Assembly (NCBI GenBank): GCA_002245135.1
Contig: NGBS01000593.1
Span: 62,001 to 126,000, forward strand
Source of the DNA: Proteromonas lacertae
Taxonomy: Eukaryota
Direction: 5' to 3'
DNA: 64,000 nucleotides
Shown: positions 26,062 through 39,337 of the stretch, piece after piece
How the letters are laid out: the number at the start of each line of letters is the position of its first letter
Position numbering within the stretch: the first letter of the stretch is position 1
Made by a program: the position numbers and the translations under genes
Notes under the pieces: model-generated
Seen by the model: only the letters and a program-made list of their open reading frames with translations
The model's database searches: none
What the model was told of the DNA's origin: nothing

Positions 26062-27505
26062 TTAATTACCTGTACACTTTACAACATGTTTTATCAACTC
26101 TAACGGACGAGATGATATTTTATCACACTTTCTACATCTAAAACGAGGAGGATTCACTTCATCAAATCTCACTAATTCTTGATATTGAAAAACCTTATAA
26201 TATTTCTTACGTAATCTCGCACTACATATTATATAATTATATAATATACTTTAAAAGATCAGTTCTATATAAATAATTTTTCTGTTTTGCAAAATGATCA
26301 TAAAAATATTGTTTTATTTGACCAGTAAAACTGATTGGTTTCCTACCATCTCTTAAATACCAGCTTAGAAATGAATCATATCGAATTACATTGGTAAAAG
26401 CTCTATCAATTTCATTCACTTTCTTATAACTTTCAGCATCTGTAAATGGTAAATTTAATACGATGAAAATGAGGTAATGACATTGAAGACGGCTGATTGA
26501 ACCTGCATATTCATCTGATGGATTAACAAATGAAAAAATATCAAGAAGGATGTCATTAGCTACTTCAGGATTAATCTATTTATAATATATATATATTTAT
26601 AATTAAAAAAAAGAAATAGAAAAAAAGAAGAACAATATAATAATATATACATTTCCTCTCAGTAAATGTGATTTCTTATATATATCTCTAGAAATAACTT
26701 TGAAAAAACTTATCCTTATTTGAGGTGTAAAAGATAAGTTAACTACTGATTGTCTTGCTTTCTCAAACGCATCGGCTTGAACTACCATTCTTCTTTCTAC
26801 TCTCTTCACTTCTTCCATATCAAAATTTCTCAAACATAAAAATCTTCTTACTAAAGCTTGAATCTTTGTGGCTGATTTATTTCTTCTTTCTTCAAAACAT
26901 ATAATACTTTCACAAATAGGGCTACATTTCTTAATACAGCTAGATCGATGTATTATAGAGGCTTGTTTCATCAACGCATTCTTATAATTGGTTGCTTTTG
27001 TCATATTGTATAGGTTTAAAGATCCACATGATTCTTTATTCTTTGATTTTTGATATTTTGTAACTGAGGTTTTGTACATGAATGATAACATGTTTGACGA
27101 GGTATCTGAGCATTTAGGACTTAATCTTGGTGGAGAAAGATAACCATTTTCACATAAATCTAATTCACAACTTGACAGACATATGAACGGTAGATGCTGT
27201 ACTGATCTGTATAATTTTTGACCTGTACTTTTACTTGTATCTAATATAATAGAGTTCCTACCTCCCAGTAGTGGTGAGACACAATTAAGTTGGGGAGCGG
27301 ATAAATATTCTTCCTAAATTATCATTATTAATTTATATATACTCTATCCTCTTCATCCGAATCGCTTAAAGTTTTATTTAGATCTAAGATTGATTTACTT
27401 GGGCACAACACGTCAGGTCCACTCTTTACCCCATTAATCTGGTAAGACAATAGATGAAAATAAATATACACTGCTTCTACACCCAGCTGATGGGGATCTT
27501 TGCAT
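26062..27505 (-). CDS. Hypothetical protein with an IQ motif and a C-terminal C2HC-type zinc finger, multi-exon
   Basis: SATKIQALVRRFL; last exon FRCRKCDK...LIKHVVKC; boundaries from manual splicing. Confidence 0.6.
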
Positions 27506-27584
27506 CTAAAAAATATTATGAATTTTCTTTGAATCAGAAAAAATAGTCGTTACAGGACAATTTAAAAAAGACTAAATTAACTAA

Positions 27585-28724
27585 TTAAACTATGTATTGG
27601 GATGTCATTGCCTTAAATTCATCAATATCAATCTCACCATCACCATCCATTTCAGCTCCATTAATCATTTCACTAATTTCATTATCTGTCAAACTAGGAT
27701 CTAATTGTCTCATAAATCTATAAATTTACTTAAAACAAAATCAAGATATACGTCATAAACTCATTTTTGGATATTTGACCACTTCCATCAACATCAATTG
27801 TCTAAAATATCATTGGATAATATATACCTGAAATGTCAAAAGAATAGCTTTCATCTGCTTATTTCGAGAAACCAGTAAATCCATATATTCATCCATATCT
27901 ATTTCTCCATCTCCATTAATATCAGCTACTTTCATAATATTCTGTATTTCTTCTTCTGAAGCTCCTAAACTTTTCATCACAATCTGTAATTCATCCATGG
28001 ATATTGTTCCACCTTTATCTATATCATATAAATCAAATGATGTTCTATATTGTTCTAATTCCTCATCCGTAATTCCAATATTAACATTACTTTTACCAGC
28101 TATTTTCTCAACTGCTTTACTCCACAATAATCTTCTTCTTTTCACACCTAATTCACAATTACATCGGAAAAAAACATTTTGATGGTATTTAAATACATGT
28201 ACTAATATTCTATTTGTATTAGGTGGAGGTTCATAAGTTACTTCTCCTGTTGATTCGTTATAAAAATATGTGTGATAAATATATTCTGATGGTTCGTATT
28301 GTTTCCAACCTTTCGGCAGTTCTGGTGGTAATGCAATTAATCCATTACATCCAATACATACATTTCTATGGAGCTCTATATCTTCTTCGGTTTCTTTGTT
28401 GAACATTGAAAGAAAATCATCAACTGCTGTTGAATTCTCGAGAGTTTTTTTTGGATTCATTGAATGTAAAAATAAATCAGCATACATTTGACTGGGGCTT
28501 TCTCTGTGCTTCATTTTTTGAAGCATTTTCTGTTGAAATAAAGAATCTCTTAAAATTTCTGCTTGGGCTACTTTCACTTGTCCAAGTAATGCTTTTTTCT
28601 TAGTTTCGATTTGATGTTCTAGTTTTTTGATTCTTTGGTCAAAACTAACAAATTCTACTTTCACTTCATCAGCTACTTTCGTAAAACAGTCAACTATAGC
28701 TTTAGCATGCGGATTTAATGACAT
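27585..28724 (-). CDS. Coiled-coil, WW-domain and calmodulin-like EF-hand protein
   Basis: LPKGWKQY..YFYNESTGEVTYEPP; EF loops DIDKGGTIS, DINGDGEID and, in spliced exons, DVDGSGQIS and EMDGDGEID. Confidence 0.85.
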
Positions 28725-28744
28725 ATTTTAAAAAGTAATTAATT

Positions 28745-29575
28745 TGAAACGACCATATTTTTGGAATTTATTGAAAATCAAAATAAACATCAAAATAAAC
28801 AAATTGAACAAATTTGACAAATGTAAACATTAAATTACAACAAAACAAATATCACAGTCTCAATTTGGATTTACAAATTGAAGTATCTAGAAAAACGTAT
28901 AATATCACTCTATTTCTATATCTAATACTGCTTATACTATCTCTTAATTTTTACTTAATACTATTGTTTTAGTCTAGCTATCATATAATACACTAAACCT
29001 AAACTACAACTCAACTTATTCTCTATTACATATTTTCTTTCTTCCAGGAAAGAAAATAACTTATCTACATCTACATTAAATGATGATAATTTATCACAAT
29101 CGATCTTACAGAATATTGATTTAATCACTTTCTTATTCAACAGTTTAACAGCTCCAGTCAATACATGATATTCGTATCCATTCACATCAACTGATAATAC
29201 ACTGATATTACCGATGGCAGTATAATTATCTTCAGTAATTATTGAATCTAAAGTAAAAATATCAACCATGTTATTAGCGATAGGATTAGTTGTATCAATA
29301 TTCTTATTCATTGTTGAATCCATCCAATTTTGACTATCTGAATAGATGAAGCCATGTCTATTATATCCTCCTAAAGCATTTCCAAATAAAGTCAAATAAT
29401 TCTTCATATTGTTATTCATCAAAATAGATTTAGTCAATAGATATAAATTCTGAGGAACTGGTTCAAATGCAATTGATTGAATTTGATAATGTAAAAATTT
29501 CATCAAACAATTTCCAATTCCAGCTCCAATTTCCATATATTTCCCATGTGATTGAACTACTTGTTCATTCCATAA
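28745..29575. repeat. About 831-bp apparently identical segmental duplication, copy 1 (copy 2 at 31785-32615)
   Basis: Identical lines at offset 3040, covering the FkbM 3' half and downstream intergenic DNA. Confidence 0.92.
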
Positions 29576-30079
29576 TATAATCATATTTACTGGACAATTG
29601 ACAGATTTTGTAATTTTAAGCGAATCAGAAAATATATCTTTAGAATTTCTTAAACAAACATTAATTTTCGCTTTTACTATGTTTATTTCTTCTTTTTTGC
29701 ATTCTACCTCATTTTCTTCAAACATTGTTTTTGTATTGTTCCATAAAAGGAGTTGAAGAGGAAATTGTTCGTATAATGACTTTACACTTATTGATTGCAA
29801 TGCTGGCTGGTTATCTTGACTAAAAGTATTGGGAAATCTAAGATTCTTGCGTTGAAGAATAGAGATGGAATAAACATTTCCATAAGTTCTAATACTATCT
29901 GAGTGTTTTTGCGCTTTACTTTTTATAAGTAGTTTGAATAGGTAGGAAACAAAATCACAGTTAATTCTTCTTGGATTGGTATCTGATATTATTGGATCAT
30001 TTAGTGGTATAGTAAACAACAGAATGAAAACATAAATAACATATCCTAACATGCATAGGTAAAGAACAATTTTTATCAT
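28961..30079 (-). CDS. FkbM-family SAM methyltransferase, type II membrane protein
   Basis: N-terminal TM segment; YMEIGAGIG, IAFEPVPQN and SVDVNGYEYHVLTGA; intronless. Confidence 0.85.
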   Translation of the reverse strand: MIKIVLYLCMLGYVIYVFILLFTIPLNDPIISDTNPRRINCDFVSYLFKLLIKSKAQKHSDSIRTYGNVYSISILQRKNLRFPNTFSQDNQPALQSISVKSLYEQFPLQLLLWNNTKTMFEENEVECKKEEINIVKAKINVCLRNSKDIFSDSLKITKSVNCPVNMIILWNEQVVQSHGKYMEIGAGIGNCLMKFLHYQIQSIAFEPVPQNLYLLTKSILMNNNMKNYLTLFGNALGGYNRHGFIYSDSQNWMDSTMNKNIDTTNPIANNMVDIFTLDSIITEDNYTAIGNISVLSVDVNGYEYHVLTGAVKLLNKKVIKSIFCKIDCDKLSSFNVDVDKLFSFLEERKYVIENKLSCSLGLVYYMIARLKQ

Positions 30080-30502
30080 TTTTATGGTTTGTTGAACGAA
30101 AATTTTCGCTCCAACAAAATTCTTTGTCTAAAAGAATTGAATATTTTAGATAGTTATTAATATTTTTTTTATTAGTCATTCTTTGTGCATAATCTATTGA
30201 TTTGTTAAGAAAGTGATTAACAAATATTTAAAGTTCTTTTATTTAGCGAGACATTGCATTGATTAATTACGTTATGTCAGTACTTTGTGGTTGATTATAA
30301 AACACTGTTTGTTTTTTGTAAGTATTTAAAGTAATTAAAATTAGTGTTAGAAAATCGAGAAATATGTAAAAATTTGGTTTTATTGTAAATAAAAATAATG
30401 TTGATGTGGTTTTTTGAAATATTATTCAATCAAAACAAAATTCAAACAACTCAAGCCACTAGACAAGCCTAATATATTTTTGCTGATATTTTCTTATTTA
30501 AC

Positions 30503-31697
30503 ATGAGTAATTCATTGAATTATGATTTTTTATCATATATAAAGGAAGAATATGAAGCATAGATATATTAATATTATTAAATAGGTTGTTGAGTGTCTTA
30601 GAGAAGATGATAAAAAATATCTATATAAGGTGAAAAACCAAATAAAACCAGCAAACGAAATATTAAAAGTAATAGATGTAAAATCTTGTGATAAGAAAAA
30701 CATTGAAAAGTATTTAAAAGCTGTAAGAAAACTGAACGAAATGAGCTGTGGTTATTTAATGAAATATAGTATAATAGAAGAGAATAATGGATATATATAT
30801 CTGATAATGCCAGAATATTATGGATCTTTGAAAGATTATCATTTGGATTATTTCAACTGTGGTTATGCATTCAGAGGAATAGTAATAGATGATGATGATG
30901 ATATTAAAGATGACAGTAATGATGAAAGTGATAATAGTGAAATTGAATACGACAGTGATGATAAAAGATTTAAATGTAAATATCAATATCAAACATCTGG
31001 TTATTTCACAATATATCAATTCTTTAGAGATATAATCTATGGATTAGAAGAAATACATAAAAATGGTTATTATCATGGAAAAATTAAAAAATCAAATATA
31101 TTTGCTAATAGAAGTTCATTTATATTGTCAGATTATTGTTTATATCTATTAGAAGAGGATAAAGATGAATATGATGAATATGATGAATATGATGAAGATG
31201 ATGATGGTAAGACAAATGATATAAAAAAAGTAATCAAAATAATAGATAATGTACTTTCAGAATATTATGAAGATAAAGATGAATATAGAAAAATAGTTGG
31301 TGAAGACGAAGATAAATTAAGCAAAAAAGATGATTTTAAAACTCTATTGAATAAAATTAGCAGTATTTCATATATAAAATATAATAAATAGAGATGGAAG
31401 AGATAGCTGATATGTATATTTGGGAACATAAATATCGAGATTGGTCACCTGGAAGTATTTTTAATTTTTAAATTGTTTATAGGTTATACAGATGTAATAG
31501 AGAGATATGCAAAAGATGAGAAATTCTTAAAGAATGATGTATGTAAAGATCAATGTAAAAAAATGTTATATAGGAAAAAGATTAAAAAATTGAAAGAAGA
31601 AATTAAATCATTGAAAGAAGAGAATGAAATCTTTAAAAGAAAGTGTGGAGAAGAAACAAATACGAATGGAGGAATAAAAAGAAAGAAATTATTATAA
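30503..31697 (+). CDS. Pseudokinase (degenerate kinase fold with acidic inserts), copy 1
   Basis: YIYLIMPEY, IHKNGYYHGKIKKSNIF and LSDYC (no HRD Asp; DFG reads DYC); spliced C-terminal coiled coil and basic tail KRKKLL. Confidence 0.75.
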
Positions 31698-31784
31698 ATA
31701 TTTATTATATTATTAATTGTTTGTTATTCTATTATTAAAGATGTTCAATCATAAAGCTTATTCATTTCTTTATAAAAATGAAAA

Positions 31785-32615
31785 TGAAACGACCATATTT
31801 TTGGAATTTATTGAAAATCAAAATAAACATCAAAATAAACAAATTGAACAAATTTGACAAATGTAAACATTAAATTACAACAAAACAAATATCACAGTCT
31901 CAATTTGGATTTACAAATTGAAGTATCTAGAAAAACGTATAATATCACTCTATTTCTATATCTAATACTGCTTATACTATCTCTTAATTTTTACTTAATA
32001 CTATTGTTTTAGTCTAGCTATCATATAATACACTAAACCTAAACTACAACTCAACTTATTCTCTATTACATATTTTCTTTCTTCCAGGAAAGAAAATAAC
32101 TTATCTACATCTACATTAAATGATGATAATTTATCACAATCGATCTTACAGAATATTGATTTAATCACTTTCTTATTCAACAGTTTAACAGCTCCAGTCA
32201 ATACATGATATTCGTATCCATTCACATCAACTGATAATACACTGATATTACCGATGGCAGTATAATTATCTTCAGTAATTATTGAATCTAAAGTAAAAAT
32301 ATCAACCATGTTATTAGCGATAGGATTAGTTGTATCAATATTCTTATTCATTGTTGAATCCATCCAATTTTGACTATCTGAATAGATGAAGCCATGTCTA
32401 TTATATCCTCCTAAAGCATTTCCAAATAAAGTCAAATAATTCTTCATATTGTTATTCATCAAAATAGATTTAGTCAATAGATATAAATTCTGAGGAACTG
32501 GTTCAAATGCAATTGATTGAATTTGATAATGTAAAAATTTCATCAAACAATTTCCAATTCCAGCTCCAATTTCCATATATTTCCCATGTGATTGAACTAC
32601 TTGTTCATTCCATAA
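31785..32615. repeat. About 831-bp duplication, copy 2
   Basis: Matches 28745-29575. Confidence 0.92.
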
Positions 32616-33118
32616 CTTATACATATTTCTGGACAATGGACAGATCTTGTAACTCTTACCAAATCAGAAAATATATCTTTAGAATTTCTTAAACAGATTT
32701 TAAATTGTACTCTTTTTATTTTTACTACTTTTTTTTTGCATTCTACCTCATTTTCTTCAAACATTGTTTTTGTATTGTTCCATAAAAGGATTTGAAGCGG
32801 GATTAAATCAGATAACGGTTTAGTAGGATGTATTTTATATATTGGTATTTCATCTTCACTCAGTTTATTAGTGTTCCTTAAATTTTTGTGCTTAACTAGG
32901 GAAATAGTGTAAACATTTTCATTGATTTTAACGCCATCTGAGTAATTGGATGATCTGTTTAATAATGATAAACTAAAGATATAAGAAACAAAATTATCAT
33001 GAATTCTTCTAGGAATAGTAGTTGAAGTAGTTGTATAATTTAAGGATACGTTAAATAACAGTATACTAATATATGTAACATATCCAAATAAGCAAAAATA
33101 AAGAATTTTTTTTATCAT
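32001..33118 (-). CDS. FkbM-family methyltransferase paralog with a 1-nt frameshift near 32627 (pseudogene or sequence error)
   Basis: The two supplied ORFs join if one A is added at CCA GAA A(A)T ATG, as the alignment to the first copy shows. Confidence 0.75.
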
Positions 33119-33431
33119 TTTTATGGTTTGTTGAACGAAAATTTTTGCTCCAGTATTATTCTCAATAATCATGTTTATAATATTATTTGGTGTTATTTAT
33201 TCCCATGAAATGTTATATTTTATGCATGAAAATGTTTCAGAAGAAAAGAATTGTTGATGAATCAATTTCTAGAGTATTACCGGGTTATTGATATTTAAAA
33301 TATATCTAAATTATATGTTATAAGTTATCAATCATAAATTTATCAATTAAAAGTCTAAGGATTAATCCGTTTCGAAAAGTGATAAAAATCTTCATTCTTT
33401 TTAAGTGTTATATAGGTCATAAGATTGAATA

Positions 33432-34693
33432 ATGGAAGCAGCAAAGAATAATATGGTACATAATCCAATAATCTTGAGCTAATACGAAAATAGATACCAA
33501 CTAAATACAAAATACAAAAGGCGATAGGTAAAGGTGCATTTGGAACAGTATTTTTAGCAACAAATCTGACAACTAACAAATTAGTAGCAATAAAGAAGGT
33601 CAAATCCGCTTTTGCAGGAAAGCATAGGTCCAAGTCAATAGTTCGCGAAGTTATATTAATGCGATCACTGCATCATGATAATATTCTTAGTATAATTGAG
33701 ATATTAGCTCCTCGTTCAAGAGAATACTTCGATGATTTGTATTTAGTCACAGAAGCAATGGATATGGATCTTCGCTGCGTGTTAAGAAGCAAACAGGAAT
33801 TATCATTACACCATATAAAGTACTTTGGCTACCATATAGCCTGTGCATTGAATTATATTCACAGTGCCAACGTAATTCACAGAGATCTCAAGCCAAGTAA
33901 TATTCTAGTGAATATAAACTGTGATTTAAAACTCTGTGATTTCGGTTTAGCACGAACTATTACTGATACTAAAGTTCCTCTTACAGATTATATGGTAACT
34001 CGATATTACCGTGCTCCAGAGATATTATTAGAGTGTCCGTATAGCTATCCGATTGATCTATGGAGTTTCGGTTGTATTATGATTGAATTTTATTTAAGAT
34101 CCGCTTTCCTGTGTGGAAAAGATTCCAAAGATCAGTTGAAACATATTAGAAACAAATTAGGGTGTCCAGAGAGTTGGGATTTCTTACAAAATAATATTGC
34201 TAAGAGTTATATGCAAGAAAGTGAGCAAGAACCAAAGAAAGATTTATTATTGTATTTACCCAAAGATGTAGATGCTGATTTCTATGATTTATTAAAGCAC
34301 TTATTAACTTGGAATCCTAAAGATAGACTTACAGCCAATGAAGTAATGAAACATCCATTTTTCACATCTGTTGTAGAAAAAGAGTATGAAGTTGAAGGAA
34401 ATGCAGAATTAATACAATTTCCAGAAAATATGGAGTTTATGTCTAGACAGGATTTGAAAGATTTAGCATATCGTGAAATGTGTATATATCATCCTAATAA
34501 GATTGAAGATACTAAACGTGATGGATTCGGTAATAGTAGTAATAGCAATAGTAAACAGAATTTAGCAATTTCTACTCCATTATCTGATACTACGATATCT
34601 AGCCAAGAAAAGAGTCAAGTAGGGAATAGTATTATATCTGCACACAATGACAAAAGTGATGATTTGAAAATTACCGAAAATACTAATAATTAA
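33432..34693 (+). CDS. Mitogen-activated protein kinase (TDY activation motif)
   Basis: IGKGAFGTV, VAIKK, HRDLKPSN, LCDFGLAR and LTDYMVTRYYRAPE; one short 5' intron. Confidence 0.92.
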
Positions 34694-34822
34694 GATAAAT
34701 AAGAATTAATTTTTGATCATATTGATATTTAAGTTATTATTTAATTTATTATATAAAATATTTAAAATATTGTTTATTTTTCTAATAATAGAACGATCAT
34801 AGCTTTTTTATGTGATGAATAA

Positions 34823-35947
34823 ATGTCAAATTACAGAAAAGAATGTAATAATGACAGAATTGACATGAAAAAACATATCTTCATTTTCTCTGCTGTGCTG
34901 GTGTATAGTTTGTATATAACATATTTAATGGCCATTGCAGTACCTAAATCGATGAATGCAGCAGAAAATCCAAAACCCACTTTCACAATTCCAAAGAACG
35001 CTCAAATAGTGTTTGATGATGATGATGAGTTTAAATTTAAGTTGAGTATGAAAAAAGGCCAAGTAAATGGAGATATTGATAATCAACTAGCACCAGTTGT
35101 AGTTAAACGTAATTCACTTATAGAGCAAGAAAATGAGATTAGAAACAACGAGAATGATAGATTCCAATGGGATAAAAAGAGTGTTTTATATACAATCAAA
35201 AATGTGGAATGTAAGAATACAATTATTAGAGTCCCAAATGGTCCTCAGTTTAAAATATGTTTAAGAAGTAATCGAGATGCATATACAGAGTATGTGCAAA
35301 GTACAGGTAAATCGTATTGTCGTAGAAAAATACTAAAAATGTGGAATAAAATCTCATCACAATATCCTACAGGTCATTTTATGGAAATTGGAGCTGGATA
35401 TGCATCTTGTTCAATTCATATGGCTTCATTTAATATAAGAACATATGTAATAGAAGCATCACCTGAAAATTTAAACGCAATCACAAAATCTTTACTGGAA
35501 AATCAAGAAGTGTTAAAATATATAGTTTTATATCCATTTGCTGTAGGTGAAAAGAATGGTAGAGTTCCAATCTATTCTAACAAATTTGATTGGACAAGTT
35601 CTAGTATGGCAGTACCAAGAGATGTTCCTGAATCGCAAATAATTAACAATGTTGTAGAAATGAAACAATTGGATGATATTATTTCTTCACAAAGATTAAA
35701 TATAAATATTTTGTTTTTAGATGCTTCTGGATATGAATATAGGATATTAAAAGGTTCTGAAAGAACACTGAATAATAAATTTGTTAAATCGTTTTATATT
35801 CATATTGATTGTAATAAATTATCATTGTTTGGTAATACTCCAGATGATATTTTTAAGTTGTTAGAATCTTATCAATATATGATTAGAAAGAGATATAAGA
35901 AATCGTGTGATATTCTATCAGATCATTATATTGTTGCTTCTTTATAA
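34823..35947 (+). CDS. FkbM-family methyltransferase, divergent third paralog
   Basis: TM anchor; FMEIGAGYA, VIEASPENL and LDASGYEYRILKGS. Confidence 0.85.
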   Translation: MSNYRKECNNDRIDMKKHIFIFSAVLVYSLYITYLMAIAVPKSMNAAENPKPTFTIPKNAQIVFDDDDEFKFKLSMKKGQVNGDIDNQLAPVVVKRNSLIEQENEIRNNENDRFQWDKKSVLYTIKNVECKNTIIRVPNGPQFKICLRSNRDAYTEYVQSTGKSYCRRKILKMWNKISSQYPTGHFMEIGAGYASCSIHMASFNIRTYVIEASPENLNAITKSLLENQEVLKYIVLYPFAVGEKNGRVPIYSNKFDWTSSSMAVPRDVPESQIINNVVEMKQLDDIISSQRLNINILFLDASGYEYRILKGSERTLNNKFVKSFYIHIDCNKLSLFGNTPDDIFKLLESYQYMIRKRYKKSCDILSDHYIVASL

Positions 35948-36148
35948 TATATTTTAGGATAATTATTTGTATAATTTTATTCTTTAAAGTAATTGTATAA
36001 TTTGTATAATAATAATATATAATATTATAAATTATGTTATATGTTTCTACTGTTTTTAAAAAAACAAAAAAAAATTCAAAAACAATCAAAATGATTATAA
36101 CAGTAATAAAAGTATATTTTGATTATTTATGACAAATAATTCTTTCTC

Positions 36149-37306
36149 TTAAAAGTTGGATCTATTAAACAATATTAGCAATTCAATAATACTTTTCTTT
36201 TGTTCCTCTATTCTTTGTTTTCTAGCTTTTTCAATCAACTTCTGATCTTCTTTTGACAATACAAATTCATCTTCTTGTAACAATGGAGCTGTGATTGGTA
36301 ATTTCTTATTTTCCTCTTCTTCTTCTTCTTTCTTTCTAGCAATTGTAGTACAATATTGAACAAGAATCCCTAAGAAAGTTAATAACACAAAAGAACCTAA
36401 ATAAATCCACCACTATTAATAATAATAAATAATAAATAATAATAATAATTATAGAATAAGATATTATTATACCCAAATTGGTATTTTATCTTTCAATGTC
36501 TTAATAAATTCATTGTAAAAGAATGGTAAAGGTACAGAATTCTTATCTATCAACATTCCAACACATATACATATGGCTAATGATCCAATCATACTTGTAC
36601 CAACGATTGTTGTCATATTATCCCAATATAAACCTGGAACTCCTCCAATAATCAAGATTATTGATAATGATATGATGTAATAAATATATCCGTTTTTGGC
36701 ATGGATAAATTGACCGATTGCAATTGGATATAAGTAGGCTAAGATTATTACACCTGTCATTCCGCCTAAATTATCATTATTATAATAAAAAGAATCATAA
36801 ATATACAAATAAAAAAACATCCAAGCATATGTAAACAGATGAAGAATATTCCAACAAATATACCAATTCCTACTGCGACTGAGATTGATACAATTGTTAA
36901 ATATTTGTCACTATATGTTATAATATTAATACATACCTTACAACTCCATCTAATACTTGATTGAGCAACAAGTAAGAAGGTAATCCACTTCCAAGGAAAC
37001 CTACTAAACCTAATGTCATCTTTAATGTCTTTAGTCCCAGTAAAAGTTCAAATAAACCTAATAATGCTCCAACTACATAAAAAATAACAGCATATTTCTT
37101 TATGAAGTTTAGAACTAGATAAAAATATAGCAATCGATTCTATTTATACCTTTGTCAGTAGTACTATCACCATCATCATCAGGTGTTGGTTCAATAGTTT
37201 CTGTTGGATCAGCTAAAGATAAAGAGATAAAAAACAACAAGCCGATTATAAGCGCTGCTTTTGTCTATTATGGTATTAAATAATAGAGTTTGGGTTATAC
37301 ATTCAT
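36149..37306 (-). CDS. Multi-pass membrane protein, TMEM198/TM7S3 (DUF4203)-like, multi-exon
   Basis: Signal peptide; LLGLKTLKMTLGLVGFL..GG..G and IVGTSMIGS..G..LGILVQY patterns. Confidence 0.7.
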
Positions 37307-37365
37307 GTTTTTTCAATTTTTAAAAATTCTTTATCGAAAATATTTTTCATACACCAAATATTTAA

Positions 37366-38401
37366 ATGTCAGTTTGTGGAGGCTGCTGTTGTTGTTCTTT
37401 ACTCTTTAGACAATTTTATGGATTGCTACCGGATACTGTTCATCATATACCGAAAATTAATTTAAAATGTATGCATTTTATATTACATTTTATAGCTAAA
37501 TATTTACACATGTGTTTTTATGTTTTATTATTGTCATTACTTCAATTAGTATGTGCTGCTGTAGGATTCCCATTTTTGAAGAAATTTGGACGACTGAAGT
37601 TTCTTCTACTTGTCATTTATGTTCTTATATGTTTACTTGGCATGTATATTGATTATATAGATTAATTGTTATATTTATTAGATTTGGTTCAATATTTTGT
37701 CAAATTTATTTATTTCTTCCTCATTTCATATTGGATATTACTTATCTTTTAGTTCTTGCTGCTTTAATTATATTTTCTTATGTGTTTAAAATGTATTAAG
37801 TAATGTATATATTATATATATGAATAGGAAGCTGGGATATATAACAGAATTAATAATTTTGTTTTTATTAACAGCTTTGAGTTTAATATCAGTAATATAT
37901 TCATTTTTTATAACTCATTATTTATGGAAAGTATTTTTATTTATATATAATATATATAAGTAGTTAGTAAATAAATATGATGACTATGAAGAAAAGAAGG
38001 TTTATAATATTCAAGAAATAATCAACAAATTAATAAATGAAAATCATTATTTAATAAATCCATCAGAAAATGAGATGAATGAAAATAGAATAGATACAAA
38101 CACAACTGAAATAGTTCCATTAAATATAAATGATAATAACAATCAGATAATTCCAATTGAAGAAGAAATAAACACTTTGATTGTAAAAGATGAAAATAAT
38201 GAGAATAATAAAATGAGTGAGAATAATAGAAGAGGAATATGTGTAGTATGTAATGATAATAAAAGCTGTTATGCAATACTACCATGTGGTCATTTATGTT
38301 TATGTGAAGAATGTTGTATAATATATAAACAAAGAGAAGAAGATCGTTGTCCAATCTGTCGTTTGAATATATTGTCTTATACGCGAATCTTTGAAACATA
38401 G
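37366..38401 (+). CDS. Membrane-anchored RING (C3HC4_3, IAP/MDM2-type) E3 ligase
   Basis: Hydrophobic N-terminal exons; C-terminal CVVC..ILPCGHLCLCEEC..CPICR. Confidence 0.75.
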
Positions 38402-38789
38402 ATATTTGTATAATATATTTAAGAAATTGTTTTATCACTGTTTGTTTTTATAAAATTGTTTATTTCTTTCTAATAGTATATGATTTTACATATAATTTTC
38501 TCTCCATCCTATACATGTTGAAGTAAGTGTCCAAATAATCGTTTAATTTTATTCGTTACATTCTGAATGATCGACAATGTATGCTGATTTCAATCAGTTA
38601 GAAGGATATTATGTATTTATTATAGATAATTTAATTGACAGGTGGTGAAAGAGTTAAAAAAAAGAGAGAATTGTGTAACAATCGAAGTAAAATAAGATAA
38701 AAACAACAAAATAAAGATAATCAAGACATATAGAAAGAAGAAAATAAGTGAAGAAAATGTAGAGAGATTTACACACCATTTAGAGAAAT

Positions 38790-39017
38790 TTATTCTCTGT
38801 GCTTCATTTTTTGAAGCATTTTCTGTTGAAATAAAGAATCTCTTAAAATTTCTGCTTGGGCTACTTTCACTTCTCCAAGTAATGCTTTTTTCTTAGTTTC
38901 GATTTGATGTTCTAGTTTTTTAATTCTTTGGTCAAAACTAACAAATTCTACTTTCACTTCATCAGCTACTTTCGTAAAACAGTCAACTATAGCTTTAGCA
39001 TGTGGATTTAATGTCAT
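38790..39017 (-). pseudogene. Truncated 5' duplicate of the WW/EF-hand gene
   Basis: 75 aa, nearly identical to the N-terminus of 27810-28724, then an abrupt stop; the upstream ~50 bp is also duplicated. Confidence 0.85.
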
Positions 39018-39337
39018 ATTTTAAAAAGTAGTTAATTTGAAACGACCATATTTTTGGAATTTATTGAAAAACAATATGTGAATTGTTTAATCTATTAATA
39101 TACATGGCATTTAGTTGATGAGTTAAGAATTACAGATATTATGTGGTTAATACTTCATAAGTGGAGTAGATTCATATCAAGTTTGAAAATCGAGTTGTAT
39201 GTAATAATTCGGTTCTATTGTATGTGAATAAATGTTATTGAAGGTATTTCATATCATTTTTCAATCAAAACAAAATTCAAACAACTCAAGCCACTAGACA
39301 AGCCTAATATATTTTTGCTGATATTTTCTTATATATT

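Noticed and set aside
33355..33633. Minus-strand 92-aa ORF
   Set aside because: It is antisense to the N-lobe of the MAPK.
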